A stretch of DNA of 64,000 bases, taken from an uncultured Mycoplasmatota bacterium. GTDB lineage: Bacteria; Bacillota_I; Bacilli_A; RF39; UBA660. The notes beneath the pieces were generated by a model that did no database searches, was not told the origin of the DNA, and was given only the letters and a program-made list of their open reading frames with translations. The stretch's first letter is position 1. Every line of letters starts with the position of its first letter. The stretch lies in contig USGP01000003.1 in the NCBI GenBank assembly GCA_900554315.1, positions 9,208 to 73,207 on the forward strand, given 5' to 3'. Made by a program: the position numbers and the translations under genes. Shown piece by piece: positions 1 to 10,677 of this stretch.

Positions 1-1822
1 CTGCTTTTTTTAAGGCCGGTGCGTCATTCACTCCATCACCAGTCATACCTACTACTAAGTTTTCTTCTTCAGCTAATCTTACTAACCTACTTTTATCTTG
101 TGGCATACTTCTAGCTACCACTCTTAAATTTGGCATGATTTCTTTTACTTTGTCATCAGACAAATTTGATAGTTCTTTACTGGTTAAAATAATATCCGTC
201 TTATTTGTTACTAGTCCTACTTCTTTAGCAATACTTGTTGCTGTTGATTTATTATCTCCTGTTATCATCACCGTTTGAATACCAGCATTTTTTACAATAG
301 CGATGCTTTCTTTTGCTTCTTCTCTTACTTCATCTTTTATATATAAAATGCCAATTAAAGTTAATCTATCTAACTTTTCTAATAAATAGTTATCATTATA
401 TGCTAATAAAATTGCTCTTTTTCCTTGTAGTGCTTTTTGTTTGATATCGTTTTCTATTTTCTGTTTATCTGTAATCATTTCTTTTTTACCGGAAGGTGTT
501 ACATACATATTACAACAAGGAAGTAATTTTTCTGGTGCGCCTTTGATATAGTTTATTTCTTTTCCGATATTGATGGTTGCTTGTGATAGTTTTGTTTTGC
601 TATTAAATGGTATTACTTTTATTCTCTTATAAACTTTTTCTTCATTTATAAAACTTAGAATTGCTCTATCTGTTGTATTTCCTCCTACTGGGTGATTATT
701 CTGACCTAATGTGCTTCCATTATTATATATACAATTATTTTTTACATGTTCATACAAAAAATGATGTTTTTTTATTTCATTTTTTGAATTGTAATTATTT
801 AAATTTCCATCTGTAAATTCTATTACTTTTAAATTTCCTTTTGTCAATGTACCCGTTTTGTCAGTAAACAAAATATTTAAACTTCCTGCTGTTTCTATTC
901 CTACCATTTTTCTTACTAAAACATTATCTTTTAACATTTTTTTCATATTTGAAGATAATACTAATGTAATCATCATAGGTAGTCCCTCTGGTACGGCTAC
1001 TACGATAATTGTTACACTAAGAGTTAAGGCATAAATTAACATATTTATTATTGTTGGGAAATTGGTTAATGTATTTACTATTTTTTCCCAATTAAAAGAA
1101 TTAGCTACTACTATTTCAGTAAATAAATATGAAATCGCAACTAATATAGCACTTACATACCCTATTTTACTTATAAACTTCGCTAATTCTCGTAATCTGA
1201 TTTTTAATGGACTATCCTGTCCTTCTTCTTGTAGTTCTTGGCTCATTTTTCCATAGAATGTCTGATCTCCTACTTCTGTTACTTCCATATATGCTTCTTC
1301 TGCATATATTACGGTTCCTCTGTATAGCTTTTCGCCAATCTTTTTTTCTTTTTCTTTTGTCTCACCATTCATACTGGATTCGTCTACTAAGACGGAGCCT
1401 TTTTTTATAATACCATCGGCTGGTATTTTATCTCCTGTTTGGAGGAAAATTAAGTCCTTTACTACTACGTCGTCGATAGGAATCTCTTTTATGTCATTAT
1501 TTCTTTTTACTTTACATTTTAATTTTGATGAAGTTTGTTGAAGTTTTTTAAAAGCTTCTTCACTTCCATATTCAGAGATGGTTGAAATTAAGGAGGCAAT
1601 TAATATTGCGATTAATATTCCTAAGGTTTCAAACCAGTCAAATTCATGAAATAAAAACATTGTTTTTATTCCCAGGGCAATCATTAATATTTTTATGATG
1701 GGGTCTCCTAATGATTCTAAAAATAGTTTTAACATGCTTTTTTGTTTTGCTTGTGTGATTTGATTACTTCCGTACTTTCGTCTTTGTTCTATTACTTCTT
1801 TTTCCGTTAGTCCGTTAAGCAT
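1..1822 (-). CDS. P-type cation (Ca2+-type) transporting ATPase, N-terminal ~607 aa; C-terminus runs off the left edge
   Basis: Minus-strand translation gives DKTGTLT (phosphorylation site, ~890-915), PEGLP, and TGDGVNDAPALKKA at the window start. AGGAGG RBS upstream of the ATG at 1822. Not in the ORF track because it has no stop inside the window. Confidence 0.85.
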   Translation of the reverse strand, partial: MLNGLTEKEVIEQRRKYGSNQITQAKQKSMLKLFLESLGDPIIKILMIALGIKTMFLFHEFDWFETLGILIAILIASLISTISEYGSEEAFKKLQQTSSKLKCKVKRNNDIKEIPIDDVVVKDLIFLQTGDKIPADGIIKKGSVLVDESSMNGETKEKEKKIGEKLYRGTVIYAEEAYMEVTEVGDQTFYGKMSQELQEEGQDSPLKIRLRELAKFISKIGYVSAILVAISYLFTEIVVANSFNWEKIVNTLTNFPTIINMLIYALTLSVTIIVVAVPEGLPMMITLVLSSNMKKMLKDNVLVRKMVGIETAGSLNILFTDKTGTLTKGNLKVIEFTDGNLNNYNSKNEIKKHHFLYEHVKNNCIYNNGSTLGQNNHPVGGNTTDRAILSFINEEKVYKRIKVIPFNSKTKLSQATINIGKEINYIKGAPEKLLPCCNMYVTPSGKKEMITDKQKIENDIKQKALQGKRAILLAYNDNYLLEKLDRLTLIGILYIKDEVREEAKESIAIVKNAGIQTVMITGDNKSTATSIAKEVGLVTNKTDIILTSKELSNLSDDKVKEIMPNLRVVARSMPQDKSRLVRLAEEENLVVGMTGDGVNDAPALKKA

Positions 1823-1870
1823 AAAAATAAAATCCTCCTAGCTAATTATATGTTAGGAGGTTTATGGTTA

Positions 1871-2821
1871 TTACTTTAATATTTTTACATGTGGTGTATC
1901 ATGGTACGAAAACTCATCTTTTGTTACATGTCTTCCAACCGTTACTATGCTTTCTGGGCCAATAGCCATTTGTTGGAATTCTGTAAATTTTGCATCTCTT
2001 AATAAATCGTTCAATGTTTTTAAATCTGCTGGATTTTGATGTTGATCTACAAAGGATTTAGCTAAAATATAGCCTAATGTATGCCGATATACACTCCAAT
2101 GACTTTTTGGATCTTTAATATATCTATTTAATGTTGTTTCTGCTTGTTGAGAAGTTAATTCGGAACCTTCTATTGCCATATCTAAAAATGAGTTATCAAT
2201 TTCTCCTGTATCTTTTATACTAATAAGTAAAGGAAGTGTTAATTTTAAAAATAGCAAATTGTCTTTATATATCTTTCCTCTTTCTTGTACAAGAAAATTC
2301 AAGTTATATTCGTTATATTGTCTATTTTGTTTTTTCCTTAAATAATCAATAAACATTAGTTCTCCTGCTATCGATACAGTTTCTCCCAGTGCCAATCTCA
2401 TGACGTAGTCATTAATATTTTTAGTATGCATATTTTCATGCACTAGATATACAGATTGAGCTAAAGTATCAGTTCTTCTAATAAACATTTTATAATCTTT
2501 TGTTTTAGCATTACATTGCGTATAATTTTCTAGTGAGGGATGAATAATAATTTTTCCTCTCCTATAGTCTTCAATAATTTTAGCTTTATACTCCGGGGTA
2601 CATTTTTCTAAAAATTCTCCTACTAAATATATGCTATCTTCTACAGACTGATAAGGTAATACTCCTGAAACCTCATGATTAGACGTTGGAGTTATAGTGT
2701 TTTTTATTGTTAAATATATTTTATCTAAATAAGAATATAAAAATCCGTCATTTTCCTTTATTTCTTTTAAGGTCTTCTTTAATTTATCTTCTAGTGCTTT
2801 TTTATCAATATTTAAATTCAT
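1871..2821 (-). CDS. putative zinc metallopeptidase-like protein (HExxH motif)
   Basis: 316 aa with a VHENMH (HExxH) motif. Family not recognisable by eye. Confidence 0.35.
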   Translation of the reverse strand: MNLNIDKKALEDKLKKTLKEIKENDGFLYSYLDKIYLTIKNTITPTSNHEVSGVLPYQSVEDSIYLVGEFLEKCTPEYKAKIIEDYRRGKIIIHPSLENYTQCNAKTKDYKMFIRRTDTLAQSVYLVHENMHTKNINDYVMRLALGETVSIAGELMFIDYLRKKQNRQYNEYNLNFLVQERGKIYKDNLLFLKLTLPLLISIKDTGEIDNSFLDMAIEGSELTSQQAETTLNRYIKDPKSHWSVYRHTLGYILAKSFVDQHQNPADLKTLNDLLRDAKFTEFQQMAIGPESIVTVGRHVTKDEFSYHDTPHVKILK

Positions 2822-2915
2822 ATTTATGAATCCCCCTTTTTCCGCTATATTATATATTATTATTCATTATTTTGCAATTTTTTATTTTATGCTATGATAT
2901 TTATGAGGCGATTAT

Positions 2916-3806
2916 ATGAATGTATTAGAATCTTGTACTTTGTGTCCTAGAAACTGTCATGTCAATCGATATCAATCTGTTGGTGTTTGTGGTGCAAATG
3001 ATAAAATTAAAGTTGCTCACTATGGTTTGCATATGTGGGAAGAGCCTATTATTTCCGGTGATGCTGGTAGTGGTACTATTTTCTTTTCATATTGCAATTT
3101 AAAGTGTATCTTTTGTCAGAATTATAAAATTAGTAGTGGTGGATATGGAAAAGAGATATCAGAAGAAAGATTGAGTGAACTTTGTTTAGAATTGCAAAAA
3201 AAAGGAGCCAATAATATTAATTTGGTTACTCCTACTCATTATGTTCCACAAATTGTATCTTCTATTCAAAAAATCAAAGGTGACAAGTTGAAAATACCGG
3301 TTGTTTATAATACAAGTAGTTATGAAAATGTAGAAACTATTCAAATGTTAGATAAAACTGTAGATATTTATTTGGCCGATTTAAAATACTTTGATAATCA
3401 GTTAGCTAATCAATATTCTCATTGCCATGATTATTTTCATTATGCTAGTTTAGCTATTTCTGAAATGGTTAAACAGGTAGGTCCTTTTCAAATTAAAAAT
3501 AATTTGATGACTAAAGGTGTTATTGTTAGAATTTTGATTTTACCTGGCCATGTTGAGGATGCAAAAAAGTTGGTTCAATATTTATATGACACTTATAGAG
3601 ATTCTATTATTATTAGTTTGATGAACCAATATACCCCACTTCGTCATTTTGAAAAATTTGATAATTTAAATCGCCAACTTACAGATAATGAATATCAAGA
3701 AGTTATAGATTATGCTTTGGATTTAGGAGTAGAATATGCTTTTATTCAAGAAGGTGGCACACAAAGCGAAAGTTTTATTCCAAATTTTGACTGTTCTAAG
3801 ATATAA
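2916..3806 (+). CDS. radical SAM protein, PflX-like (pyruvate formate-lyase activating enzyme homolog family)
   Basis: CNLKCIFC (CxxxCxxC) cluster motif and an N-terminal Cys-rich CTLCPRNCHVN. Size and overall look match COG1313. Confidence 0.65.
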   Translation: MNVLESCTLCPRNCHVNRYQSVGVCGANDKIKVAHYGLHMWEEPIISGDAGSGTIFFSYCNLKCIFCQNYKISSGGYGKEISEERLSELCLELQKKGANNINLVTPTHYVPQIVSSIQKIKGDKLKIPVVYNTSSYENVETIQMLDKTVDIYLADLKYFDNQLANQYSHCHDYFHYASLAISEMVKQVGPFQIKNNLMTKGVIVRILILPGHVEDAKKLVQYLYDTYRDSIIISLMNQYTPLRHFEKFDNLNRQLTDNEYQEVIDYALDLGVEYAFIQEGGTQSESFIPNFDCSKI

Positions 3807-3843
3807 TATTATTAGATATAAGTAATTTAATTTAGGAGGTTTT

Positions 3844-4068
3844 ATGAAAAATTATAGAATTAATCCAGATAAGAAATATGTTTCTGCTATTATCGAAGGG
3901 CTTGAAAAAAAAGATGGACATTGTCCTTGTCGTGTTAATGTAGATGATACGACATTGTGCCCTTGTGATGAATTTATCCGTGATGGAATTTGTAAATGTA
4001 AATTATATATTCCTCTGGAAGAAGCAGAAGAAAAATTGAAAAAGTTAAAGGAAAAAGAAGAAAAATAG
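3844..4068 (+). CDS. ferredoxin-thioredoxin reductase catalytic-subunit-like small protein
   Basis: 74 aa with HCPCR...CPCDE...CKC cysteine signature typical of FTR catalytic domain-like proteins. Confidence 0.5.
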   Translation: MKNYRINPDKKYVSAIIEGLEKKDGHCPCRVNVDDTTLCPCDEFIRDGICKCKLYIPLEEAEEKLKKLKEKEEK

Positions 4069-4168
4069 TTTGTGAAAATCAGATGAAATTTTTTCTTTTT
4101 TTATACTATTTTTTCTTTTTCGTGGTATTAATTTACAAATTATGCTATATTTATAGAGGAGGTAGAGG

Positions 4169-4714
4169 ATGATGAGAAAATTTAAATTCTTATTTGTGTT
4201 ATTAATTGGAATTCTTTTAATACCAACTGGTGTTTTTGCTGCTGATAAAAATGAACCAGTTAATGTTTATTTCTTCCACGGTGATGGTTGTCCACACTGT
4301 GCAGAAGCAGAAGAATTCTTTGATAGTATTGAAGATGAGTATGGTGATCAATTTAATTTAGTTTCTTATGAAGTTTGGTATGATGAAGATAATGCTGAAT
4401 TAATGAGTCAAGTTGCTGATATTCGTAAGGAAGATGGTGACGGTGTTCCATATATTGTTATTGGTAATCAATCATGGGACGGATATATGTCTTCTTATGA
4501 TAATGAAATAATTGAAAAGATTGAATCAGAGTATAAAACAGACCCTGATGAACGTTATGATGTTATGGATTACGTAGATGCTGTTTATAAAAATTCTGGC
4601 AATCAAGATGCAGAAGAAAGTATAGCTGGTGACATTGCTGCTGTTATTGCTATTGTACTAGTAGTAGCAGGTGTTGGATTTGGAATCTGGTTTGCTAGAA
4701 AAAAAGCTGCATAA
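4169..4714 (+). CDS. secreted, C-terminally membrane-anchored thioredoxin-fold protein (CxxC)
   Basis: N-terminal signal peptide, GDGCPHCAEAEEFF redox motif, C-terminal hydrophobic anchor followed by RKKAA. Confidence 0.5.
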   Translation: MMRKFKFLFVLLIGILLIPTGVFAADKNEPVNVYFFHGDGCPHCAEAEEFFDSIEDEYGDQFNLVSYEVWYDEDNAELMSQVADIRKEDGDGVPYIVIGNQSWDGYMSSYDNEIIEKIESEYKTDPDERYDVMDYVDAVYKNSGNQDAEESIAGDIAAVIAIVLVVAGVGFGIWFARKKAA

Positions 4715-4781
4715 AAGGATAACATATTGGTGTTATCTTTTTTATTTTGTGTTATACTTCTTCTAAGAAAGAAGGATTGTT

Positions 4782-5555
4782 ATGATAGATGTTGATGGAA
4801 TTGTTACTGCTATGTTAAACAGTGATGAAGAAGTTATTCGAGTACTTGGAAACCAACCTAACAATAATGAAATTACCGATCTTGTCAGAGAAAAAATTGC
4901 CAAATTATCTAAACCGGAGCAAGAAAAGATTGCTAAAAGATTGGAAGATATTTTATATCATTGTTATTTCCATCCTACTGATGAGTTGAAAAGTTTATCT
5001 GATCAAAAATTGTTTTATCTAAAAGAAAATTTAATCTATTATATTGGTAGAATTTCTAAACCAAATATTCAATTATTGAAGGATATTTATAAATCAGAGA
5101 ATGATAAACATTTACAATTAAATATTACTTTTTCTAGTCTTATTACAGGAGATGAAGAAATAGAAACTGATTTTATTTCTAAGATTGAGCCTGGTAATGA
5201 TTATGACTCTTTAATTCGTTCTTGGACTATGGCATTTTTTGCTAATGCAGATGAACCTTATTCTTATATTGATACAGGTAAAGATGATTGGTCTTTGGCT
5301 AAAAAAGCTAGATTAAAACGATTGGCTATTCATGATAAAAATCATCCTAAATTTAATAAAGCAAAAGCTTTTCGTTGGTTAGACTTTATTGTTATTTATT
5401 TATTTTTAGAAAATCGAGGTCCAGATGCTATGACAGCAGATGATTATCATATTATTTCTGATGCTGATATTGACCTTGAAGGATATTCTTCTAATAAGAT
5501 TGAACAATTACATAAATTAAAATCTAAAATTGAAGAGATGAATCCCTATAAATAA
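4782..5555 (+). CDS. hypothetical protein
   Basis: 257-aa ORF with an RBS and no recognisable motif. Confidence 0.4.
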   Translation: MIDVDGIVTAMLNSDEEVIRVLGNQPNNNEITDLVREKIAKLSKPEQEKIAKRLEDILYHCYFHPTDELKSLSDQKLFYLKENLIYYIGRISKPNIQLLKDIYKSENDKHLQLNITFSSLITGDEEIETDFISKIEPGNDYDSLIRSWTMAFFANADEPYSYIDTGKDDWSLAKKARLKRLAIHDKNHPKFNKAKAFRWLDFIVIYLFLENRGPDAMTADDYHIISDADIDLEGYSSNKIEQLHKLKSKIEEMNPYK

Positions 5556-5642
5556 ACTGCTAAATTTTTAGCAGTTTTTTATTGACAATATTTCTTCTGT
5601 ATTGTATAACTGTATTAATTAATTGATACAAAGGAGGCTTTT

Positions 5643-6008
5643 ATGGATTTCGAATTTGATGATGATAAACCTATCTATAAACAGTTGGTTGAGAAAATAA
5701 AAGTTGAAATTATTACTGGAAGATTTAAACCTGGTGATAAATTACCTTCTGTACGAGAATTATCTTCTATGATTCATGTAAACCCTAATACTATTCAGCG
5801 TTCTCTTACAGAATTAGAAAATGATCATCTTATTTTCACGAAGAGAACATCTGGTAAATTTGTTACTACAGATCAAAATGTCATTCATCAAATAAAGAAA
5901 GAATTAGCATATGAAAAAATCGATCAATTTATTTATGATATGAGCAACTTAAATATAGGGAAACAAGAAGTTATTCAATTATTAGAAGAAAGGAAAAATG
6001 AATCATGA
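5643..6008 (+). CDS. GntR-family transcriptional regulator (YtrA-like)
   Basis: N-terminal wHTH (PSVRELSSMIHVNPNTIQRSL). 121 aa. Translationally coupled to the downstream ABC ATPase. Confidence 0.75.
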   Translation: MDFEFDDDKPIYKQLVEKIKVEIITGRFKPGDKLPSVRELSSMIHVNPNTIQRSLTELENDHLIFTKRTSGKFVTTDQNVIHQIKKELAYEKIDQFIYDMSNLNIGKQEVIQLLEERKNES

Positions 6009-6700
6009 ATTTAGTTGAATTTAAAAATGTTTCAAAAAAATTTGGACCAAAAATTGCATTAGATAATATAAACATTAAATTTGAAAAGGGAAAAATATAT
6101 GGTCTATTAGGTCCTAATGGTAGTGGTAAAACTACCATGATTAAAATTATTAATGGCTTGTTGCAACCAAGTGATGGAGAAATTTTTATTCATGGAAATA
6201 AACCTGGTATAGAAAGTAAAAAAGTTATTTCTTATTTACCTGAAAGAACTTATTTGGATATGAATATGAAAGTTTCAGAATTGCTTCAATTTTTTAAAGA
6301 TTTTTATCAAGATTTTGATGAGAGTCAAGCTTTGGAATTATTAACTAAATTAAAAATTAATACTCAAGATAAGTTAAAAAATATGTCTAAAGGTATGAAA
6401 GAAAAAGTGCAGCTAGTTATGGTTATGAGTAGAAAAGCTGATTTGTACATTTTAGATGAACCTATTGGTGGTGTTGATCCAGCTAGTCGTGATTATATTT
6501 TGGATACCATTCTTACAAACTTTCACGAAGGTGCTTCTATTATTATTTCTACTCATCTTATATCTGATATTGAAAAAATATTAGATCAAGTTATTTTTAT
6601 TAATCAAGGAAAAATTGTATTAAATGAAGATGCTGATACCATTCGAAAGAAAAAGAAAAAAACAATTGATAAATTGTTTAGGGAGGAATTTAAATGTTAG
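6005..6700 (+). CDS. ABC transporter ATP-binding protein
   Basis: Walker A GPNGSGKTT and Walker B YILDEP. Confidence 0.85.
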   Translation: MNLVEFKNVSKKFGPKIALDNINIKFEKGKIYGLLGPNGSGKTTMIKIINGLLQPSDGEIFIHGNKPGIESKKVISYLPERTYLDMNMKVSELLQFFKDFYQDFDESQALELLTKLKINTQDKLKNMSKGMKEKVQLVMVMSRKADLYILDEPIGGVDPASRDYILDTILTNFHEGASIIISTHLISDIEKILDQVIFINQGKIVLNEDADTIRKKKKKTIDKLFREEFKC

Positions 6701-7476
6701 CAAAACTTTTAAAATATGACTTTAAATCTTTATCAAAAACTTTACTTCCTATTTTTGGAATTTCATTTATTATCGCTATTATAACAAGAGGAATTACAAT
6801 GTTAGCAGACAAATTTTCAATCTTGTCTGTACCTGCTGGTATTTTCACTTTTATTTTTATTATTGTTTTAATAGCTATTCCTATTGTTACTTTTATATTT
6901 ACTATATTGAAGTTTTATAAAAATTTAGTTAAGGATGAAGGGTATTTGATGCATACTTTACCTGTTTCTAAAAATGCTTTAGTTCTTTCTAAATTAATTA
7001 GTTCTTGTACTTATTTGATTCTATCTGCTATTGTGATTGTTCTATTAGTTTTTGTATGGGGATATGGATTATTATTTGATTCTAAAGTATTACATATGGT
7101 CTGGGAAGTAATTAGACAGTCTAATACTGTATTTCTAATTTTGTTATTATTGTCTATTGTGATAAGCGTTATTTTAAATCAAGTTATGATATATGCATCT
7201 ATTGCCTTAGGTCAAAAGCATAATAGCAAAGTTGCATTTTCTGTTATTTATGGTATTGTTTTATATAACGTTACGCAGATTCTTACAGTAGTATTATTAG
7301 TACCTTTTATGTTACTTGATTCTAATTATCAGCAATATATTGAAAATAGTAATGTATTAGATTTTGGTCTTGTAAATGGATTTCTTACTTATGCATTAGT
7401 TATTTCTGTAATATTTATCATTGTTTATTATTTTGTTACTGTTAGAACTTTTCATAAAAAACTTAATTTAGACTAA
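6694..7476 (+). CDS. ABC-2 type transporter permease
   Basis: Multi-TM hydrophobic protein coupled to the ATPase gene. Confidence 0.55.
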   Translation: MLAKLLKYDFKSLSKTLLPIFGISFIIAIITRGITMLADKFSILSVPAGIFTFIFIIVLIAIPIVTFIFTILKFYKNLVKDEGYLMHTLPVSKNALVLSKLISSCTYLILSAIVIVLLVFVWGYGLLFDSKVLHMVWEVIRQSNTVFLILLLLSIVISVILNQVMIYASIALGQKHNSKVAFSVIYGIVLYNVTQILTVVLLVPFMLLDSNYQQYIENSNVLDFGLVNGFLTYALVISVIFIIVYYFVTVRTFHKKLNLD

Positions 7477-7501
7477 AAAAATTGCTTTTATAGCAATTTT
7501 T

Positions 7502-8710
7502 TTATGGGATAATTAGTTTTTGGCCTATTGATAATAAATTAGATGTTAGATTATTGGCCATTTTTAACTCTTCTACAGAGATATTATTATCTTTGGCAAT
7601 TGACCATAGACTATCACCCTTTTTTACAATATACGTGGTTTCTGTACTATTTTTTGGTATCTTTAGTTTATCTCCTATTTGTAAATTTACCGTTTCTAAA
7701 TTATTAATTTCTATTAAGTCGTCTACTGGAACATTATATTTTTGTGATATTAACCATAAGCTATCTCCTTTTACTACTGTATATATTTCATAGTCTTCAT
7801 TAATTTCTTTGGTTGGTACCTTTAATTCTTGACCAATATATAAATTATTATTTGTCAAATTATTAGTTAATTTTAGTTCTTCTACTGTTACACCATACCG
7901 TTGTGAAATACTATATAAAGTGTCTCCTTTTTTTACAGTATAGGTTTCGGTTGGAGAAATACTTGTTACTGGGATAAAAAGAATCTGTCCTATTTGAATT
8001 AGATCAGATGTCAAATTATTTAATTTTTTTAACTCTTCTACTGTTGTGTTAAATTGATTGGCTATTTTAGATAGCGTATCTCCCTTTTGAACCATATAGG
8101 TATCTTGACTACTAGAGATATCAGGTGGTAAATAATTATAGCCACCATAGTCAGCAATAGCTTTTACTACTCCTTCTACATAATCCTCTAAGTTATTTTG
8201 TAATTTCTGTTGATCTTGTGCATTATCAATAAAACCATATTCTACTAGTAATGATTGCATTGGAGCTGTTTCCCTTATAATGTAGTAATAATCTTTACTA
8301 GGATTTTCTGGTAACCTTCTTTGATATATTTTTCGCTTTTTTTGTCCAGCATCACCTATGTTTTCCAATGCCATACTAGCTAAAGTATCATCATTTCTTA
8401 ATCCATAGATAATTTCGGCACCTTCTCCACCACCAGAGTTTATGTGATTAGAAATTAATATGGCATTAGGATCTCCATTAAATGCTTCATTCGCTCTTCT
8501 TAGTCTTTCTGTTCTTGAAATATCTTCATCTGTTGTTTTTATACTTACTACGGGTATTCCTAATTCTTGTAATCTTCTTGTCATGTAGTTTGCTGCTTTT
8601 AAGGTTAAATCTTTTTCTTTTAAACTTCCACTTATGGCTCCTGGGTCACTGCCTCCATGTCCACTATCTACAACTACTCCTGTAATTTTTCTTTCATTCA
8701 TCTTCTTCAC
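7502..8710 (-). CDS. N-acetylmuramoyl-L-alanine amidase (Amidase_3) with four C-terminal LysM repeats
   Basis: N-terminal VVDSGHGGSDPGA amidase_3 signature. Four YxVKKGDxLxxIA LysM units. Confidence 0.85.
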   Translation of the reverse strand: MKKMNERKITGVVVDSGHGGSDPGAISGSLKEKDLTLKAANYMTRRLQELGIPVVSIKTTDEDISRTERLRRANEAFNGDPNAILISNHINSGGGEGAEIIYGLRNDDTLASMALENIGDAGQKKRKIYQRRLPENPSKDYYYIIRETAPMQSLLVEYGFIDNAQDQQKLQNNLEDYVEGVVKAIADYGGYNYLPPDISSSQDTYMVQKGDTLSKIANQFNTTVEELKKLNNLTSDLIQIGQILFIPVTSISPTETYTVKKGDTLYSISQRYGVTVEELKLTNNLTNNNLYIGQELKVPTKEINEDYEIYTVVKGDSLWLISQKYNVPVDDLIEINNLETVNLQIGDKLKIPKNSTETTYIVKKGDSLWSIAKDNNISVEELKMANNLTSNLLSIGQKLIIP

Positions 8711-8768
8711 CTCTATATTAGGTTATGTAAAATGAACTTTTTATGTCACAAAAAAAGTGGGTATTCCA

Positions 8769-9131
8769 CTATTTTTCTTTTGTATATGAAGATGCATAAT
8801 TATCACAATGAAGTTGTGCCTCACCCATCAATTGACATCTTTCTATCATTACATCATCTTCATCTTTTAAAGTTATTTTCCCTTTCTCATTTACTGTAAA
8901 TGTACCTTTTATTGTTTCTTCTTCCAATTTCAAAGTAAACGATTCATCTTTATTGAATGTTAAATAGTAATTTTCTTTTCCACCTCTAGTCGTATTTTCA
9001 TCTACCATGACTACAGATTGATTTTTAGGATCAGCTACCCAGGTTCCCTCTAATATTTTCATATTTTTACTAGTACATCCTGTCATCATTATAGCAGATA
9101 TTATTATAATTCCAATTATATATTTTTTCAT
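8769..9131 (-). CDS. lipoprotein, unknown function
   Basis: Signal peptide with lipobox (MMTGC). Confidence 0.5.
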   Translation of the reverse strand: MKKYIIGIIIISAIMMTGCTSKNMKILEGTWVADPKNQSVVMVDENTTRGGKENYYLTFNKDESFTLKLEEETIKGTFTVNEKGKITLKDEDDVMIERCQLMGEAQLHCDNYASSYTKEK

Positions 9132-9149
9132 ATTTTCTCCTTTTTATTA

Positions 9150-10109
9150 CTATAATTTTTTTATATATACTTCTCTTATTCCTCTTGAAAATTTTTTTGT
9201 TCTAAAGCAATGAAACTTATCAAGTTTTAGATTATTACTAGAGTATACATTATCAGGATGCACTGTTGTGATAGCATATTGATATCCTTGTTCTTTTGAT
9301 AATTTATCTAGTTCTTGTAGCATTTGATATTGTAAATGGTTACCTATATAGTCATAGTTTACAAACATTGGTCCATAATCCACTACCAAACGCGCATCAT
9401 ATTCTAAATCCAAACTCTTTATAAAGTCTTTTTCTGCAGGTAAACTCATCATTGAACATATTGGTGTTTCATTTAAATAGTATATCCATATCTTTGATCC
9501 ATTTTCCAACAATTGCTTTAGATCTTCTTTTTCAAAATCTCCTAACCATTCTGGATTAGTCATATGATTTTTTACTTGTTCTCTAAACTTTATATATTTA
9601 TCTAAATTTATTTTGTCTATTCTTTTTAGATTTTTTAGTTCTATTACTGGAGACCAATTTAGTTTATTTCTTATATTTCTTATTTTTTCTTTATCTTCTA
9701 CATATTCTTTTCTTTCTTTTACAAAATTTTTAGAACCTCTTTTTTCATTTTTATACCTTGGTATTAACTGAACATGGAAATGGTTCATTGGTCCATCACA
9801 CATTGTACATAAGTAAATACTTTCCGCCTGATATTCTTCCTTTAGTATTGTCATTACTTTTTTAGCAAAAGTATAAATTTTACTGCATAACTTATCAGGT
9901 AGTTCTAACATGTCTTTATAATGTTTTTTAGAAGATATGATAGTATGACCTATGGCTCTAGGATTGTTGCATAGAAAGCATTCTATATCTTCATCCTCAT
10001 ATAACATTTGATTACTATTATCCCCAAATACAATATGGTTATGTTCTCTATCATAACAAGTAGGACATATTCCTTGATCTGTTAATTCTTTATTGGTTAC
10101 TTTGTTCAT
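9150..10109 (-). CDS. HIT-like domain fusion protein (N-terminal HIT-like, C-terminal uncharacterised ~180 aa domain)
   Basis: NHFHVQLIPR resembles the HxHxHxx histidine triad, with Q at the third His position. Zn-ribbon-like CPTC...CFLC upstream. Confidence 0.45.
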   Translation of the reverse strand: MNKVTNKELTDQGICPTCYDREHNHIVFGDNSNQMLYEDEDIECFLCNNPRAIGHTIISSKKHYKDMLELPDKLCSKIYTFAKKVMTILKEEYQAESIYLCTMCDGPMNHFHVQLIPRYKNEKRGSKNFVKERKEYVEDKEKIRNIRNKLNWSPVIELKNLKRIDKINLDKYIKFREQVKNHMTNPEWLGDFEKEDLKQLLENGSKIWIYYLNETPICSMMSLPAEKDFIKSLDLEYDARLVVDYGPMFVNYDYIGNHLQYQMLQELDKLSKEQGYQYAITTVHPDNVYSSNNLKLDKFHCFRTKKFSRGIREVYIKKL

Positions 10110-10662
10110 TTTTAAACCTCTTACTTATTGATTTATTTACTGTGACAAAAACTGTTATTACGATGGCTATAATTACAATGCCAATGATGAATTGTGTCCA
10201 TAGATTCGTTTTTATTACATTTTCTTCTGGATTTGTTGCATCATAATAAACTTTATCGGTTGTTGGAATTGCTTCCTTATTTGTTATTAAGTTAGGTGCT
10301 GCTTTATAGGTTTTTCCATCTACTGTAAACTGATATACTCCTTGACACAATTCGGATCCGTCATCTATTTCACAATCATCATAATCTACTAACTTTGCAG
10401 TTGTAGATTCATAACCAATTATTTTTACATTTTCTGTTATTATCGATATGCCACTTATTAAAGCAAAGAACAAACCTACTAATATCCAGATTCCAGTAAA
10501 CATTACTAATATAACATTTACTATTATTCTTACGGTTTTAGGATTTGCTTTTATAGTGGGCTGCATATTAAAATTTTCTGTTTCTTTAGGTAATGGATAT
10601 CCACAGAATTCACAAGTTTGAACTCCTATATGATTATTCATTCCACAATTAGGACACATCAT
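10090..10662 (-). CDS. membrane protein with N-terminal zinc ribbon
   Basis: MMCPNCG...CEFCG zinc ribbon followed by two TM segments. Confidence 0.45.
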   Translation of the reverse strand: MMCPNCGMNNHIGVQTCEFCGYPLPKETENFNMQPTIKANPKTVRIIVNVILVMFTGIWILVGLFFALISGISIITENVKIIGYESTTAKLVDYDDCEIDDGSELCQGVYQFTVDGKTYKAAPNLITNKEAIPTTDKVYYDATNPEENVIKTNLWTQFIIGIVIIAIVITVFVTVNKSISKRFKNEQSNQ

Positions 10663-10677
10663 ATTATTACTCCTTTA

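Noticed and set aside
1062-1410. Plus-strand ORFs 1062..1256 and 1207..1410
   Set aside because: They lie antisense within the P-type ATPase coding region (DKTGTLT and TGDGVNDAPALKKA are read on the minus strand). Low-complexity translations typical of AT-rich antisense frames.
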